A DNA stretch of 62,394 nucleotides, the filler included. It is 4 parts of 4 records of this genome, joined end to end, with 100 filler letters (N's around TTAATTAATTAA, not from the genome) between each part and the next. Parts side by side here need not be neighbours in the genome. Positions count along the whole stretch, not along the records: positions 1 to 17,109 come from SRR31147125_5377; 3 more parts are not named here. One strand, written 5' to 3'. This document shows, piece after piece, positions 1 to 9,514 of this stretch (within the stretch, counting starts at the first letter, position 1; the number at the start of each line of letters is the position of its first letter). The notes below the pieces were generated by a model. The model ran no database searches and was not told the DNA's origin. It saw nothing but the letters and a program-made list of their open reading frames with translations. A program made the position numbers and the translations under genes.

Positions 1-1
1 A

Positions 2-748
2 AACGGTTATAGCATCATCGTTTGCGACTGTAGATCTGATAAGGAAAGAGAAAAAGAAGTTATAAAGTTTTTATCAAGCAAGCGCGTTGATGGGATTATC
101 ATAATGCCATCATCATCAGACGGTGAACAACTTAGCCAAATAAATATACATGATGTTCCTGTACTTTCTATCGATAGAGATTTAGAAGGCTTTAAAGCGG
201 ATATAGTGAGAGCAGATAATATAAACGCATCAAAAAATGCTATTAATCACCTTATAGAAATGGGACACAAAAACATTGGCATCATAGCAGGTCCTCAAGA
301 GATATCAACATCTAAGCAAAGGCTTAGCGGATATAAAAAAGCATTAAAACAAAATGATATAAAAATAAGTGTAAGCCATATTGAATTTTCTGACTACACT
401 GTTGAGGGTGGCTACGAGGCTATGAAAAGGCTATATAAAAACAATAGTGATATGACTGCTGTTTTTGTAACAAACTACGAAATGACACTTGGGGCTATTA
501 TTGCTATCAATGAAATAGGCATAAAAATTCCAAGCGAACTATCTTTTATTGGTTTTGATAACTTGGAGCTGTCTAACGTCATTAAACCTAAACTAACTGT
601 AGTTGAACAGCCTATAAATGACATGGGGAAAAACGCTGCTAATATAATGCTTAGCAGATTAAACGGTGATACTGATAGCGAAAAACTTTTATTGCTTAAA
701 ACATCACTCATAAAAAGACAATCAGTAAACAGAATTGACAATAATTAA
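2..748 (+). CDS. LacI-family transcriptional regulator, 5'-truncated (effector-binding domain)
   Basis: Frame open from base 2 (NGYSIIVCD...KRVDGIII). Motifs HLIEMGHKNIGIIAG, IPSELSFIGFDN, LTVVEQP are typical of LacI/GalR C-terminal domains. The HTH lies upstream of the window. Confidence 0.9.
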   Translation, partial: NGYSIIVCDCRSDKEREKEVIKFLSSKRVDGIIIMPSSSDGEQLSQINIHDVPVLSIDRDLEGFKADIVRADNINASKNAINHLIEMGHKNIGIIAGPQEISTSKQRLSGYKKALKQNDIKISVSHIEFSDYTVEGGYEAMKRLYKNNSDMTAVFVTNYEMTLGAIIAINEIGIKIPSELSFIGFDNLELSNVIKPKLTVVEQPINDMGKNAANIMLSRLNGDTDSEKLLLLKTSLIKRQSVNRIDNN

Positions 749-784
749 TTACAAACAAGAGAATGTTAATGCTTTTTACGCTAG

Positions 785-800
785 GGCGAAACGTTACACC
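785..800. promoter_or_regulatory. Candidate LacI-family operator GGCGAAACGTTACACC
   Basis: Pseudo-palindrome centred on CG, 2 mismatches from perfect GGTGTAACGTTACACC, between the LacI gene and the kinase gene. Confidence 0.5.
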
Positions 801-891
801 ATAAGACAAAGGTTATAAAATGATACAATACAGCCTTTAACAAAAGTACATTGCATTTTTGAGCCAAGGTAGTATGAAAGGAAACAGTGAA

Positions 892-2409
892 ATGAGCAAA
901 TATTTACTTGGAATCGACATAGGAACATCGGCATGTAAGGTTGCACTTTTTGATGATACAGGAAAAGTGATTGTATCTAAAAGCGGAGAATATGATGTAT
1001 ATTATCCGGAACCTGGATGGGTTGAGCAAGATCCTAATCAATGGTGGGAATCGGTTGCAAAGACTATTAAAGTTGTTTTAAAACAAAGTGGGGTTAACGC
1101 TTTAAATATTGCTGGAGTTGGTATAGATGGACAAAGCTGGTCTGCTATCCCTATAGATCAAACAGGAAGTGTGCTTCACAATACACCAATATGGATGGAT
1201 ACTCGTTCTACAGATATTTGTGACGAACTTAGAGAAACAATCGGCGAAGAAGTTATCTTTGAACTTTGCGGAAATCCACTTCAACCTACCTATAGTTTAC
1301 CTAAAATACTGTGGTTTAAAAAACATATTCCAGAGGTTTATCATAATGCCTATAAATTTTTACAGTCCAATAGTTTTATAGCCTATCGTTTAACTGGTGA
1401 GATTTCGCAAGATTTATCACAAGGTTATGGACTCCATTGTTTTAATATGAAAACCGGTAAATGGGATGCTGATATGGCTGAAAAAATGGGATTAGATATA
1501 ACCCTACTTCCAGAAAACATAGTACCTTGCCATCAAGTTGTAGGAGGCATCACCGAAGCCGCTTCACTCCAGACTGGTCTTCCAGTTGGAACTTCAGTTG
1601 TTGCTGGTGGTCTTGATGCTGCTTGCGGAACACTTGGGGCTGGTGTTATAAAAGCTGGTCAAACGCAAGAACAAGGCGGTCAAGCTGGCGGTATGAGTAT
1701 TTGTATAGAAGAATATACCGCAGAGCCTACTTTGATACTTGGATATCATGTTATTCCTGATAAATGGCTATTACAGGGAGGAACTGTTGGTGGCGGCGGA
1801 GTTATTAGATGGTTTGAAAAAGAATTCTGCGAGGCTGAAAGGCAAACAGCTAAAACAAACGGCTCAAACTCTTTTGAAGAAATGAACAACACATGCAAAG
1901 ATATCAGCCTAGGCAGCAATGGCGTTGTTTTCTTGCCATATATGTCTGGCGAGCGTTCTCCTATTTGGGATAAAAACGCTAAAGGTGTTTTCTATGGTTT
2001 AGATTTTTCTAAGACAAGAGGTCATATGATAAAAGCATGTTTTGAAGGTGTTGCTTATTCACTTAAGCACAATATTGACGTAGCCGAAAGTGCAGGAGCA
2101 ACAGTTAATGAGCTTTATGCTACTGGCGGAAGCGCAAACAGCTTGATGTGGACACAAATAAAAGCTGATGTTACAGGGAAAGACATTATCGTTCCTTTCT
2201 CTGATACCTCGGCAACTCTGGGCGCAGCATTATTGGCAGGCGTTGGAACTGGAGTTTACAAAGATTTTGAAGAAGCTGTTGAAAAATGTGTTGTTATAAC
2301 AAGAGACCATAAAGCAGACCTTGAAAACACAAAAAAATATAAAAAGTTTTATGATTGTTACATTGAATTATATAAAAATTTAAAAGGAATAATGGCAAAA
2401 GGTTTATAG
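892..2409 (+). CDS. FGGY-family carbohydrate kinase (xylulokinase-like)
   Basis: GIDIGTSACK, PGWVEQDP, IWMDTR, LPKILW, FLPYMSGERSP, GGSANSLMWTQIKADV. ATG 892 follows an AAAGGA RBS. Confidence 0.9.
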   Translation: MSKYLLGIDIGTSACKVALFDDTGKVIVSKSGEYDVYYPEPGWVEQDPNQWWESVAKTIKVVLKQSGVNALNIAGVGIDGQSWSAIPIDQTGSVLHNTPIWMDTRSTDICDELRETIGEEVIFELCGNPLQPTYSLPKILWFKKHIPEVYHNAYKFLQSNSFIAYRLTGEISQDLSQGYGLHCFNMKTGKWDADMAEKMGLDITLLPENIVPCHQVVGGITEAASLQTGLPVGTSVVAGGLDAACGTLGAGVIKAGQTQEQGGQAGGMSICIEEYTAEPTLILGYHVIPDKWLLQGGTVGGGGVIRWFEKEFCEAERQTAKTNGSNSFEEMNNTCKDISLGSNGVVFLPYMSGERSPIWDKNAKGVFYGLDFSKTRGHMIKACFEGVAYSLKHNIDVAESAGATVNELYATGGSANSLMWTQIKADVTGKDIIVPFSDTSATLGAALLAGVGTGVYKDFEEAVEKCVVITRDHKADLENTKKYKKFYDCYIELYKNLKGIMAKGL

Positions 2410-2466
2410 GCCATTATAAGGAGACACTTATCAATTGGTGTTTTTCTAAAGAAAGGATTGTATTTT

Positions 2467-3513
2467 ATGAAAGCAGCGGTATTACACGCAAAAAACGATA
2501 TCAGATATGATGATTTTGAAACACCGCAAGTTAAACCTGGTACGATAAAAGTAAAAGTCATGGTTTCCGGTATTTGCGGTTCTGATGTCCCAAGGGTATT
2601 AGGTGATGAATCACACTTTTATCCAAATGTATTGGGTCATGAATTTTCTGGCGAAGTTGTAGAAATAGGAGAAGGCGTTGCATCCGTTAAGGTTGGAGAT
2701 AGAGTTTCTGGTGCTCCGCTCGTCCCTTGTATGAAATGTGCAGATTGCCAAAAAGGCAACTATGCCTTATGCAAAAACTATAGTTTTATCGGTTCGCGTC
2801 AGCAAGGCAGTTTTGCAGAGTATGTTGTTATACCAGAGATAAATGCAGTAGTTTTTGACGAATCTATATCCTATACGCAAGGTGCATTTTTCGAACCCTC
2901 AACTGTAGCTCTTCACGGTGTGTTTTGTAATGACTATAGAGGTGGCGGTGATGTCGCTATCCTTGGTTGCGGCAACATCGGTCTTTTTACAGCACAATGG
3001 GCAAGAATCCTTGGTGCAAAAAGAGTCTTCGCTTTTGATATAGACGATGACAGACTTGCTTTTGCAAGTGATATGGGAGTTGATTATACCATTAATACAA
3101 TGAAAGAGGGATATCAGCAGGATATAGAAGATATTATTGGTAAAAAAGGTTTTGATTTTGTTTTTGAAACAGCAGGAGCTACGCCTACTATGCACTTGGC
3201 GTTTGAGCTTGCAGGTAATAGATCTAACGTTTGCTTTATAGGTACACCACATGCAGACCTAACATTTACACCAAAACAATGGGAGAACATAAACAGAAAA
3301 GAGTTTAAACTAACAGGTTCTTGGATGAGTTATTCTGCGCCTTACCCTGGTAAAGAATGGGAGATGACAGCGCATTATTATTCAAACGGTGAACTTAAAT
3401 TTGATGACAGAATGATCTTTAAAAAGTTCCCTCTTTCTAAGTGCAAAGAAGCTTTTGAACTTTTTGAAAATCCAAGACAAGTTAAAGGCAAAGTTTTGCT
3501 TATCAACGAATAA
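2467..3513 (+). CDS. Zn-dependent polyol(-phosphate) dehydrogenase, galactitol-1-phosphate 5-dehydrogenase-like
   Basis: GICGSD, LGHEFSG, structural Zn CMKCADCQKGNYALC, GCGNIG, LTGSWMSYSAPYPGKEW (GatD-like C-terminus). Confidence 0.85.
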   Translation: MKAAVLHAKNDIRYDDFETPQVKPGTIKVKVMVSGICGSDVPRVLGDESHFYPNVLGHEFSGEVVEIGEGVASVKVGDRVSGAPLVPCMKCADCQKGNYALCKNYSFIGSRQQGSFAEYVVIPEINAVVFDESISYTQGAFFEPSTVALHGVFCNDYRGGGDVAILGCGNIGLFTAQWARILGAKRVFAFDIDDDRLAFASDMGVDYTINTMKEGYQQDIEDIIGKKGFDFVFETAGATPTMHLAFELAGNRSNVCFIGTPHADLTFTPKQWENINRKEFKLTGSWMSYSAPYPGKEWEMTAHYYSNGELKFDDRMIFKKFPLSKCKEAFELFENPRQVKGKVLLINE

Positions 3514-3544
3514 AAAACAATAAACAGAAAAAGGAGAAATGATA

Positions 3545-4561
3545 ATGAGTAATTTTGTAGATCCAAAATTAGTGCCAAAGAGAATATTAGCCAACGGAGA
3601 CGAAATGCCATGCGTAGGTATGGGTACATTCGGTTCTGACCGTTTTACACCAGACCAAGTTGCAGGTGCTGTTGCTGGTGCAATCAGATGCGGATATAGA
3701 ATGTTTGACTGTGCCGCTGTATACGGAAACGAAGATTTAATAGGCAACGTGTTTAAAGAAGCTTTAGACGAAGGCGTCGTTAAGAGAGAAGAATTATTTA
3801 TAACATCAAAAGTTTGGAACGACCAGCACGATGCTGTAGTGGAGTCTTGCAAAAAAAGTCTTAAAGACTTGCAGTTAGATTATATTGATGCATACTTTGT
3901 CCACTGGCCATTCCCTAACTATCATGCTCCAGGATGTGATGGCGATTCAAGAAACCCAGACTCTGTTCCATTTAGTCCAGAAAGGTTCATGAAAACATGG
4001 AGACAAATGGAAGAGCTTGTTGATATGGGTCTTGTAAAACATATCGGTATGTCATCTATGACTATTCCAAAATTAGAAGCTGTTCTACCAATGTGTAGAA
4101 TAAGACCTTCTGTTATCGAAATGGAAATGCACCCTTGTTTCCAACAGCCAGAGCTATATAACTACTGTGTAAACGAAAAAATCGCACCTATCGGTTTTTG
4201 CCCAATCGGTTCTCCAACAAGACCTGAAAGAGATAAAACCCCTGACGACGTTGCTGATATCGAACACGAGGCAGTCGTTAAAGTTGCTAAAGCTCACGGC
4301 GTTCACCCAGCAGTAATCTGTTTGAAATGGCAAGTGCAAAGAGGCTCAACACCTATTCCTTTCTCAGTACACGAGAACGAATACGTTTCTAACCTAAAAT
4401 GTACAACAGAAGATCCACTATCAGAAGAAGAAATGGCATTGCTTGCAACTGCTGATATGAACTGCAGACTTATTAAAGGTCAAGTTTTCCTATGGGAAGA
4501 TGCAGACGAATGGAATGATCTTTGGGATGAAGATGGCACAACAGCAACTTGGGAGAAATAA
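3545..4561 (+). CDS. Aldo/keto reductase
   Basis: GMGTF, FDCAAVYGNE (Asp/Tyr), ITSKVW (Lys), VHWP (His) catalytic tetrad; EMHP. AAGGAG RBS favours ATG 3545. Confidence 0.9.
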   Translation: MSNFVDPKLVPKRILANGDEMPCVGMGTFGSDRFTPDQVAGAVAGAIRCGYRMFDCAAVYGNEDLIGNVFKEALDEGVVKREELFITSKVWNDQHDAVVESCKKSLKDLQLDYIDAYFVHWPFPNYHAPGCDGDSRNPDSVPFSPERFMKTWRQMEELVDMGLVKHIGMSSMTIPKLEAVLPMCRIRPSVIEMEMHPCFQQPELYNYCVNEKIAPIGFCPIGSPTRPERDKTPDDVADIEHEAVVKVAKAHGVHPAVICLKWQVQRGSTPIPFSVHENEYVSNLKCTTEDPLSEEEMALLATADMNCRLIKGQVFLWEDADEWNDLWDEDGTTATWEK

Positions 4562-4564
4562 TAT

Positions 4565-5875
4565 ATGACACATCCTTTAAAGCAATTGGTTGCCGACCAA
4601 AAAAACGGTATTAAAAAAGGCATTATGTCTGTTTGTAGCGCAAATAAATTTGTGTTACAAGCAGCAATGGAGAATGCAAAAAAGTTTGATGAATATGTTT
4701 TGATAGAAGCTACTGCAAACCAAGTTAATCAATTTGGTGGTTATACAGGAATGAAGCCAGCGGACTTTGTTGCATTTGCAAAAGATATTGCAAACAGTGT
4801 AGATTTTCCATTAGATAAATTAATCTTAGGTGGAGACCACTTAGGTCCTCTAACTTGGACTTCATTAAATGAAGATGAAGCGATGGAAAATGCATGTGAG
4901 CTTGTAAAGCAATTCGTAAGCGCTGGATTTACAAAAATCCATATTGATACAAGCATGAAAGTATCCGATGATGATAAAGACGCTAGACTATCTGACAATG
5001 TTATTGCAAAGCGCGGTGCTCAGCTTTGTAGCGTTTGTGAAGATGCTTATACTAAGCTTGTAAAAACTAACCCTGATGCAACTGCACCAGTATATGTAAT
5101 AGGATCAGAAGTTCCTATTCCTGGAGGAGCACAAGAAGAGGAAGAAGAAGGCATTCAAGTGACAAAGCCGGATGATTTAAGACAAACTATAGCTGTTTTT
5201 AAATCTGCATATGAAAGTTTAGGCTTAAAAGATGCATGGGAAAGAGTTATTGCTGTTGTCGTCCAGCCCGGCGTTGAATTTGGCGATTCTACCATAGATG
5301 AATACGATAGAGAAAAAGCCGCTGACCTAATTGCAACAATCGGCGAATACCCTACAATGATTTTAGAAGGTCATTCAACGGACTATCAAACAAAATACAA
5401 ATTGCGTGAGTTAGTAGAAGACAGCGTAGGGATTTTAAAAGTGGGACCCGCTCTAACATTTGCATTGCGTGAAGCTCTTTTTGCACTAGCGGATATCGAA
5501 TCTGAGCTTTACAGAAACACAGGTGTTCATTTATCTAATTTTAAAAATGTAATGGAAGACGTAATGCTTAAAAAGCCAAACAACTGGCAAAAACATTATC
5601 ATGGCGATTTAAACGAGCTTATATTAAAAAGAAGATATAGTTTTTCTGACAGAGCAAGATACTATTTACCAGAGGCTGAGTTGGATGCTTCTATTAAAAG
5701 ACTCATAGACAATCTTAGTTCTGAAGAAATCAGCTACACACTTTTAAGCCAATATATGCCTATCCAATATACAAAAGTGCGTGAAGGGCTTTTAGGCAAT
5801 GACCCTATAAGCTTGCTAAAAGATAGAATTGTTAACTGCATGGATGAGTATGCATTTGGATGTGGCAGAGAGTAA
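4565..5875 (+). CDS. gatZ: GatZ/KbaZ-family protein (putative tagatose-6-phosphate 4-epimerase)
   Basis: SVCSAN, IEATANQVNQFGGYTGMKP, LGGDHLGP, KIHIDTSM, YVIGSEVPIPGGA, VVQPGVEF, EGHSTDYQ, LKVGPALTF, YSFSDRARYY. Confidence 0.9.
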   Translation: MTHPLKQLVADQKNGIKKGIMSVCSANKFVLQAAMENAKKFDEYVLIEATANQVNQFGGYTGMKPADFVAFAKDIANSVDFPLDKLILGGDHLGPLTWTSLNEDEAMENACELVKQFVSAGFTKIHIDTSMKVSDDDKDARLSDNVIAKRGAQLCSVCEDAYTKLVKTNPDATAPVYVIGSEVPIPGGAQEEEEEGIQVTKPDDLRQTIAVFKSAYESLGLKDAWERVIAVVVQPGVEFGDSTIDEYDREKAADLIATIGEYPTMILEGHSTDYQTKYKLRELVEDSVGILKVGPALTFALREALFALADIESELYRNTGVHLSNFKNVMEDVMLKKPNNWQKHYHGDLNELILKRRYSFSDRARYYLPEAELDASIKRLIDNLSSEEISYTLLSQYMPIQYTKVREGLLGNDPISLLKDRIVNCMDEYAFGCGRE

Positions 5876-5912
5876 TATAAATGCTTAACTAAAAACAAGA
5901 AAGGAAATAAAA

Positions 5913-6347
5913 ATGCTTAAAAATATACCAAAACTAATATCACCAGAACTTATTAAGGTTTTAATGGAAATGGGACACGGGGACGAAATAGTCATTGCTG
6001 ATGGGAATTTCCCTTCGGAAGCTTATGGACAAAGAACTATAAGACTTGACGGGTTAAACGTTCCAGAAATATTAGAAGCTATTCTTCAATATTTCCCGCT
6101 AGACCCATATGTAGATCACCCAGTATCACTTATGGAAGTTGTTCCTGGCGATACTGTTAAAACACCAATTTGGGATGAATATAAAGCGATTATCGAAAAA
6201 AGCGATGAAGCTTCTAAGTTTGAAAAGGGCTTTGAAAACATCGAAAGATTTGCTTTTTATGATAAGGCTAAGCAAGCTTATGCTGTTATAGCTACAAGCG
6301 AGGCTGCTTTATATGCAAATGTCATCTTGAAAAAAGGTGTCTGTTAA
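5913..6347 (+). CDS. RbsD/FucU-family sugar mutarotase/pyranase
   Basis: MLKNIP..ISPEL, MGHGDEIVIADGNFP, ERFAFY, YANVILKKGV. Confidence 0.92.
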   Translation: MLKNIPKLISPELIKVLMEMGHGDEIVIADGNFPSEAYGQRTIRLDGLNVPEILEAILQYFPLDPYVDHPVSLMEVVPGDTVKTPIWDEYKAIIEKSDEASKFEKGFENIERFAFYDKAKQAYAVIATSEAALYANVILKKGVC

Positions 6348-6385
6348 TACGAATACGACTAATGCTTTACTTTATTTTCATTTGA

Positions 6386-6413
6386 AAGAGATGCTAATTA
6401 CTTAGCATCTCTT
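6386..6413. terminator. Bidirectional intrinsic terminator between convergent fucU and pfk
   Basis: Perfect 12-bp stem AAGAGATGCTAA-ttac-TTAGCATCTCTT. Confidence 0.8.
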
Positions 6414-6446
6414 CTTCCATTTTCGCTAAATTTTATTTCTTTTCTT

Positions 6447-7517
6447 TTAGTCACCAAACGATATTCCTAGTTTTCTTGCATCTTTAATGGTATTACAATC
6501 TTCAGGAACAAGTTTTAGTTTTCCTGCAACATCTTCCAAAGGGTTAGATGTAATCTTATTATTAACTAAAGCTATTGTGCGTCCAAACTTTTCTTTTTTA
6601 ATAAGTTTTGCAGCATGTACACCAAAACGTGTAGACAGCAATCTGTCAAATGGTGATGGACTCCCTCCCCTTACGATATGTCCGGGAGATGCAACTCTTG
6701 TTCCAATATTGGTTCTGTCTTCTATCTGCTTTGCTAATCTGTAAGCTACAGTATGGTACGGCATAGAAGCCTTGTGTTCATTGTATTCCGATTTACTCAT
6801 ATTTGCCTCTGTCGTATCGATAGCACCTTCTGCCATCGCAATAATAGAGAATGATTTCCCGTTCGCAACACGATTTTCAATCGCTTCCACTACCTTATCG
6901 ACATCATAAGGTATCTCAGGTATCAAAATTATATCCGCGCCACCAGCAACTCCTGCACATAAGTTTAACCAACCGGCTTTATGCCCCATAAGTTCAACTA
7001 TCATAACACGTCCGTGCGAAGTAGCAGTTGTATGAATTTTATCTATAGCATCTGTTGCAATATCAACAGCAGTATTAAAACCAAAAGTAACTTCAGTACC
7101 CCAAAGATCATTGTCGATAGTTTTTGGCAATCCGATTACATTCAATCCTTCTTGTGATAAAAGATTAGCAGTTTTATGAGTACCATTACCCCCAACAGCT
7201 ACAAGGCAATCCAACCCCATTTTTTTATAGTTGCTAATCATAGCCTCTACTTTATCTATATTATCTTCCTCTATTACGCGCATTTTTTTGAAAGGTTGAC
7301 GTGATGTTCCTAGTATCGTTCCTCCCAAAGTAAGAATCCCCGAAAAGTCGCTCTGTTTCATCTCTTTCCACTCACCATGTATCAAACCTTTGTATCCATC
7401 TAAAATACCAAAAATCCGTACATCATCCAGTGTCTCATATGCAGCTTTAGCAACTCCTCGTATCGCTGCATTCAGACCAGGGCAATCGCCACCACTTGTT
7501 AGAATACCAATCTTCAT
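6447..7517 (-). CDS. pfkA: 6-phosphofructokinase (PfkA family, probably ATP-dependent)
   Basis: LTSGGDCPGLN, GGTILGTSR, GGNGT, PKTIDND, ELMGH, GHIVRGG. Confidence 0.9.
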   Translation of the reverse strand: MKIGILTSGGDCPGLNAAIRGVAKAAYETLDDVRIFGILDGYKGLIHGEWKEMKQSDFSGILTLGGTILGTSRQPFKKMRVIEEDNIDKVEAMISNYKKMGLDCLVAVGGNGTHKTANLLSQEGLNVIGLPKTIDNDLWGTEVTFGFNTAVDIATDAIDKIHTTATSHGRVMIVELMGHKAGWLNLCAGVAGGADIILIPEIPYDVDKVVEAIENRVANGKSFSIIAMAEGAIDTTEANMSKSEYNEHKASMPYHTVAYRLAKQIEDRTNIGTRVASPGHIVRGGSPSPFDRLLSTRFGVHAAKLIKKEKFGRTIALVNNKITSNPLEDVAGKLKLVPEDCNTIKDARKLGISFGD

Positions 7518-7634
7518 GCTGATTCACCTCACCGATAATTTATGATATATGCTTTTCAATTTACACATATAAAATATAATAACATATTCTAAAAGATACG
7601 ACAAAAAATTTTTATTAAATAAGAAAAATCAAAA

Positions 7635-7659
7635 TACGCGACCAAATAATGATCGCGTA
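7635..7659 (-). terminator. Intrinsic terminator downstream of the GRE/activase/ROK operon
   Basis: Stem TACGCGAcCA...TGATCGCGTA followed on the - strand by TTTTGATTTTTC. Confidence 0.6.
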
Positions 7660-7732
7660 AAAATAATTAAGTAATACTTATAAAGCTCTTTTTCACTTTT
7701 AGTTTTTTCAAAATACAATTTGTATATTGTTT

Positions 7733-9514
7733 CTATACCCTATCACTCATTGCAAAGTATATTGCACCAACAGCTTGAGCAAACTGTGCTACGGTATAAT
7801 CTGGGTGTGATTTTAGTTGTGTCATAAGCGGAGTATACGCCATATCTCCATCCGCAACACTTAACTGTATACTAGGCACAATTTTTTTCGCTCCCTCACA
7901 CATCAGTTCAAAGCAACGCTTGTTCTTTACAACTCTTCCAAACAAGACGCGTTCTTTTGCTATCGGCTCTAAAATCTGCTCAGATTCCAGCCAAATAATC
8001 GCAAGAGATTCTCCAATCTCTCTAAAAATACGGTTACAAACTTCACATTCCTCACGCTCAGGAAGACTCATAACATGGTTTAAGAATGGTTTTCTTAAAT
8101 CTTTAGGTTCAGTTGGAACATAAAGTCCATCATTTTTTTCTAAAACAAATCCTTTATCCACCATCTCTTTATATAAATCTGGTCGTTCCAACTTAAAGTA
8201 CTTAATAGCTAATCTAAAAGCACCATATTGACTGGCAGATTTTTGGACCGTTCCTGGTATCTCTGTATTAAAATTATTTACCGAACGCAAATCGTCCGAT
8301 GCGAACTTCCTTTGTTGGTAACTACCCAAATCCACTACATAGTTATACGCTTCCATCGGTGTTTCTGGTATCTCGCCTTGTTCATCAACCCAACCAGTAC
8401 CAAGTTCAGTACCTAATGTATGAGCAAAAACACCATCTTTAACAACATCTTCACCCTTAGCACACGAAAGTTCAACCGCCGCAGTGTATGACGCCATAGG
8501 ACCATCATTTGTCATCTTAACAACGCCATCTTCTTTACAATGTTTTGCAAGCAAGTCATTTATCATGCTAAGCTTTTTAAATTCCTTTTCAAAGTCCAAG
8601 TTAGGGTTTTCTCTTACAGATTTTACTTTAGATACTTCCCCACCGACAATTCTATTTTTAACGACAACATCAGGAAAACACATCCCTATACCATCAAAAT
8701 ATACTATTTTATCTTTATATAAACTATTACCAAATGATACGCATTTTTCAATATCCAAAAGAGATGCATGTTTATCAAGCGCTATATCTAAAAGCTTACC
8801 CATCATCTCATTTCCGCCAAAACTATAGTGTGTTGCTTTAACTCTCAAAGTCTCCACTAACAGCAAAACAGGATTAATAATCTCTTCAATAGTTTTATAA
8901 CTAGCAGGATACCAATCGAATTCTTTAAAACAAATTATCTCATTATCGTTGGATACAGCAATCTTAATATCTGTTCCACCAATGTCAATACCACACATAA
9001 GACCATTTAAGCGTTTAACTGTATCGTTGTATTTTAAGTTGGGTGATTTTGATTGAGGCTTTAAAATTTTACTAGGCCTATTTGCTAAATCATCAAAAAC
9101 AAAGCTAAATGTTTCTCCACAAAGAACCTCATTCATCCTGTCAGCAACATTAATGCCTCTTGCATATCCTTTTCGCTCTTTGCGCGTATCCATAATTCCA
9201 AATACATCTTCTACTGTATCAATTAGTTTTTGAACATTATTGTTTGATTCATCGTAATAAATAGTTAACTTTCTACCACCCAAAGTTGAAATAATATTAT
9301 AGATTTTTGCGTAAAAGAAGTCTCTTATTAGTGTCTGATCTTCAAAAGTTTTAGGAAGATTAAAACTAAAATCCTTCTGCTGTCCTTGTTCTATTAAATC
9401 CATAACCATATAAATTTGTGTCTTGTCGTTTAATTCATTAAACGCTTTTTCAACGTCCGTTATATATACTGTTTCATCTCTTTCAGCTAATCTAACAAAA
9501 TCAATTAACTTCAT
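7733..9514 (-). CDS. Divergent ROK/ASKHA-fold protein (putative sugar kinase) with ~170-aa N-terminal extension
   Basis: GIDIGGTDIK phosphate-1 motif, GIGMCFPDVV, MTNDGPMA, TLGTELGTG occur in ROK-like order. The start overlaps the activase stop (ATGA). Confidence 0.6.
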   Translation of the reverse strand: MKLIDFVRLAERDETVYITDVEKAFNELNDKTQIYMVMDLIEQGQQKDFSFNLPKTFEDQTLIRDFFYAKIYNIISTLGGRKLTIYYDESNNNVQKLIDTVEDVFGIMDTRKERKGYARGINVADRMNEVLCGETFSFVFDDLANRPSKILKPQSKSPNLKYNDTVKRLNGLMCGIDIGGTDIKIAVSNDNEIICFKEFDWYPASYKTIEEIINPVLLLVETLRVKATHYSFGGNEMMGKLLDIALDKHASLLDIEKCVSFGNSLYKDKIVYFDGIGMCFPDVVVKNRIVGGEVSKVKSVRENPNLDFEKEFKKLSMINDLLAKHCKEDGVVKMTNDGPMASYTAAVELSCAKGEDVVKDGVFAHTLGTELGTGWVDEQGEIPETPMEAYNYVVDLGSYQQRKFASDDLRSVNNFNTEIPGTVQKSASQYGAFRLAIKYFKLERPDLYKEMVDKGFVLEKNDGLYVPTEPKDLRKPFLNHVMSLPEREECEVCNRIFREIGESLAIIWLESEQILEPIAKERVLFGRVVKNKRCFELMCEGAKKIVPSIQLSVADGDMAYTPLMTQLKSHPDYTVAQFAQAVGAIYFAMSDRV

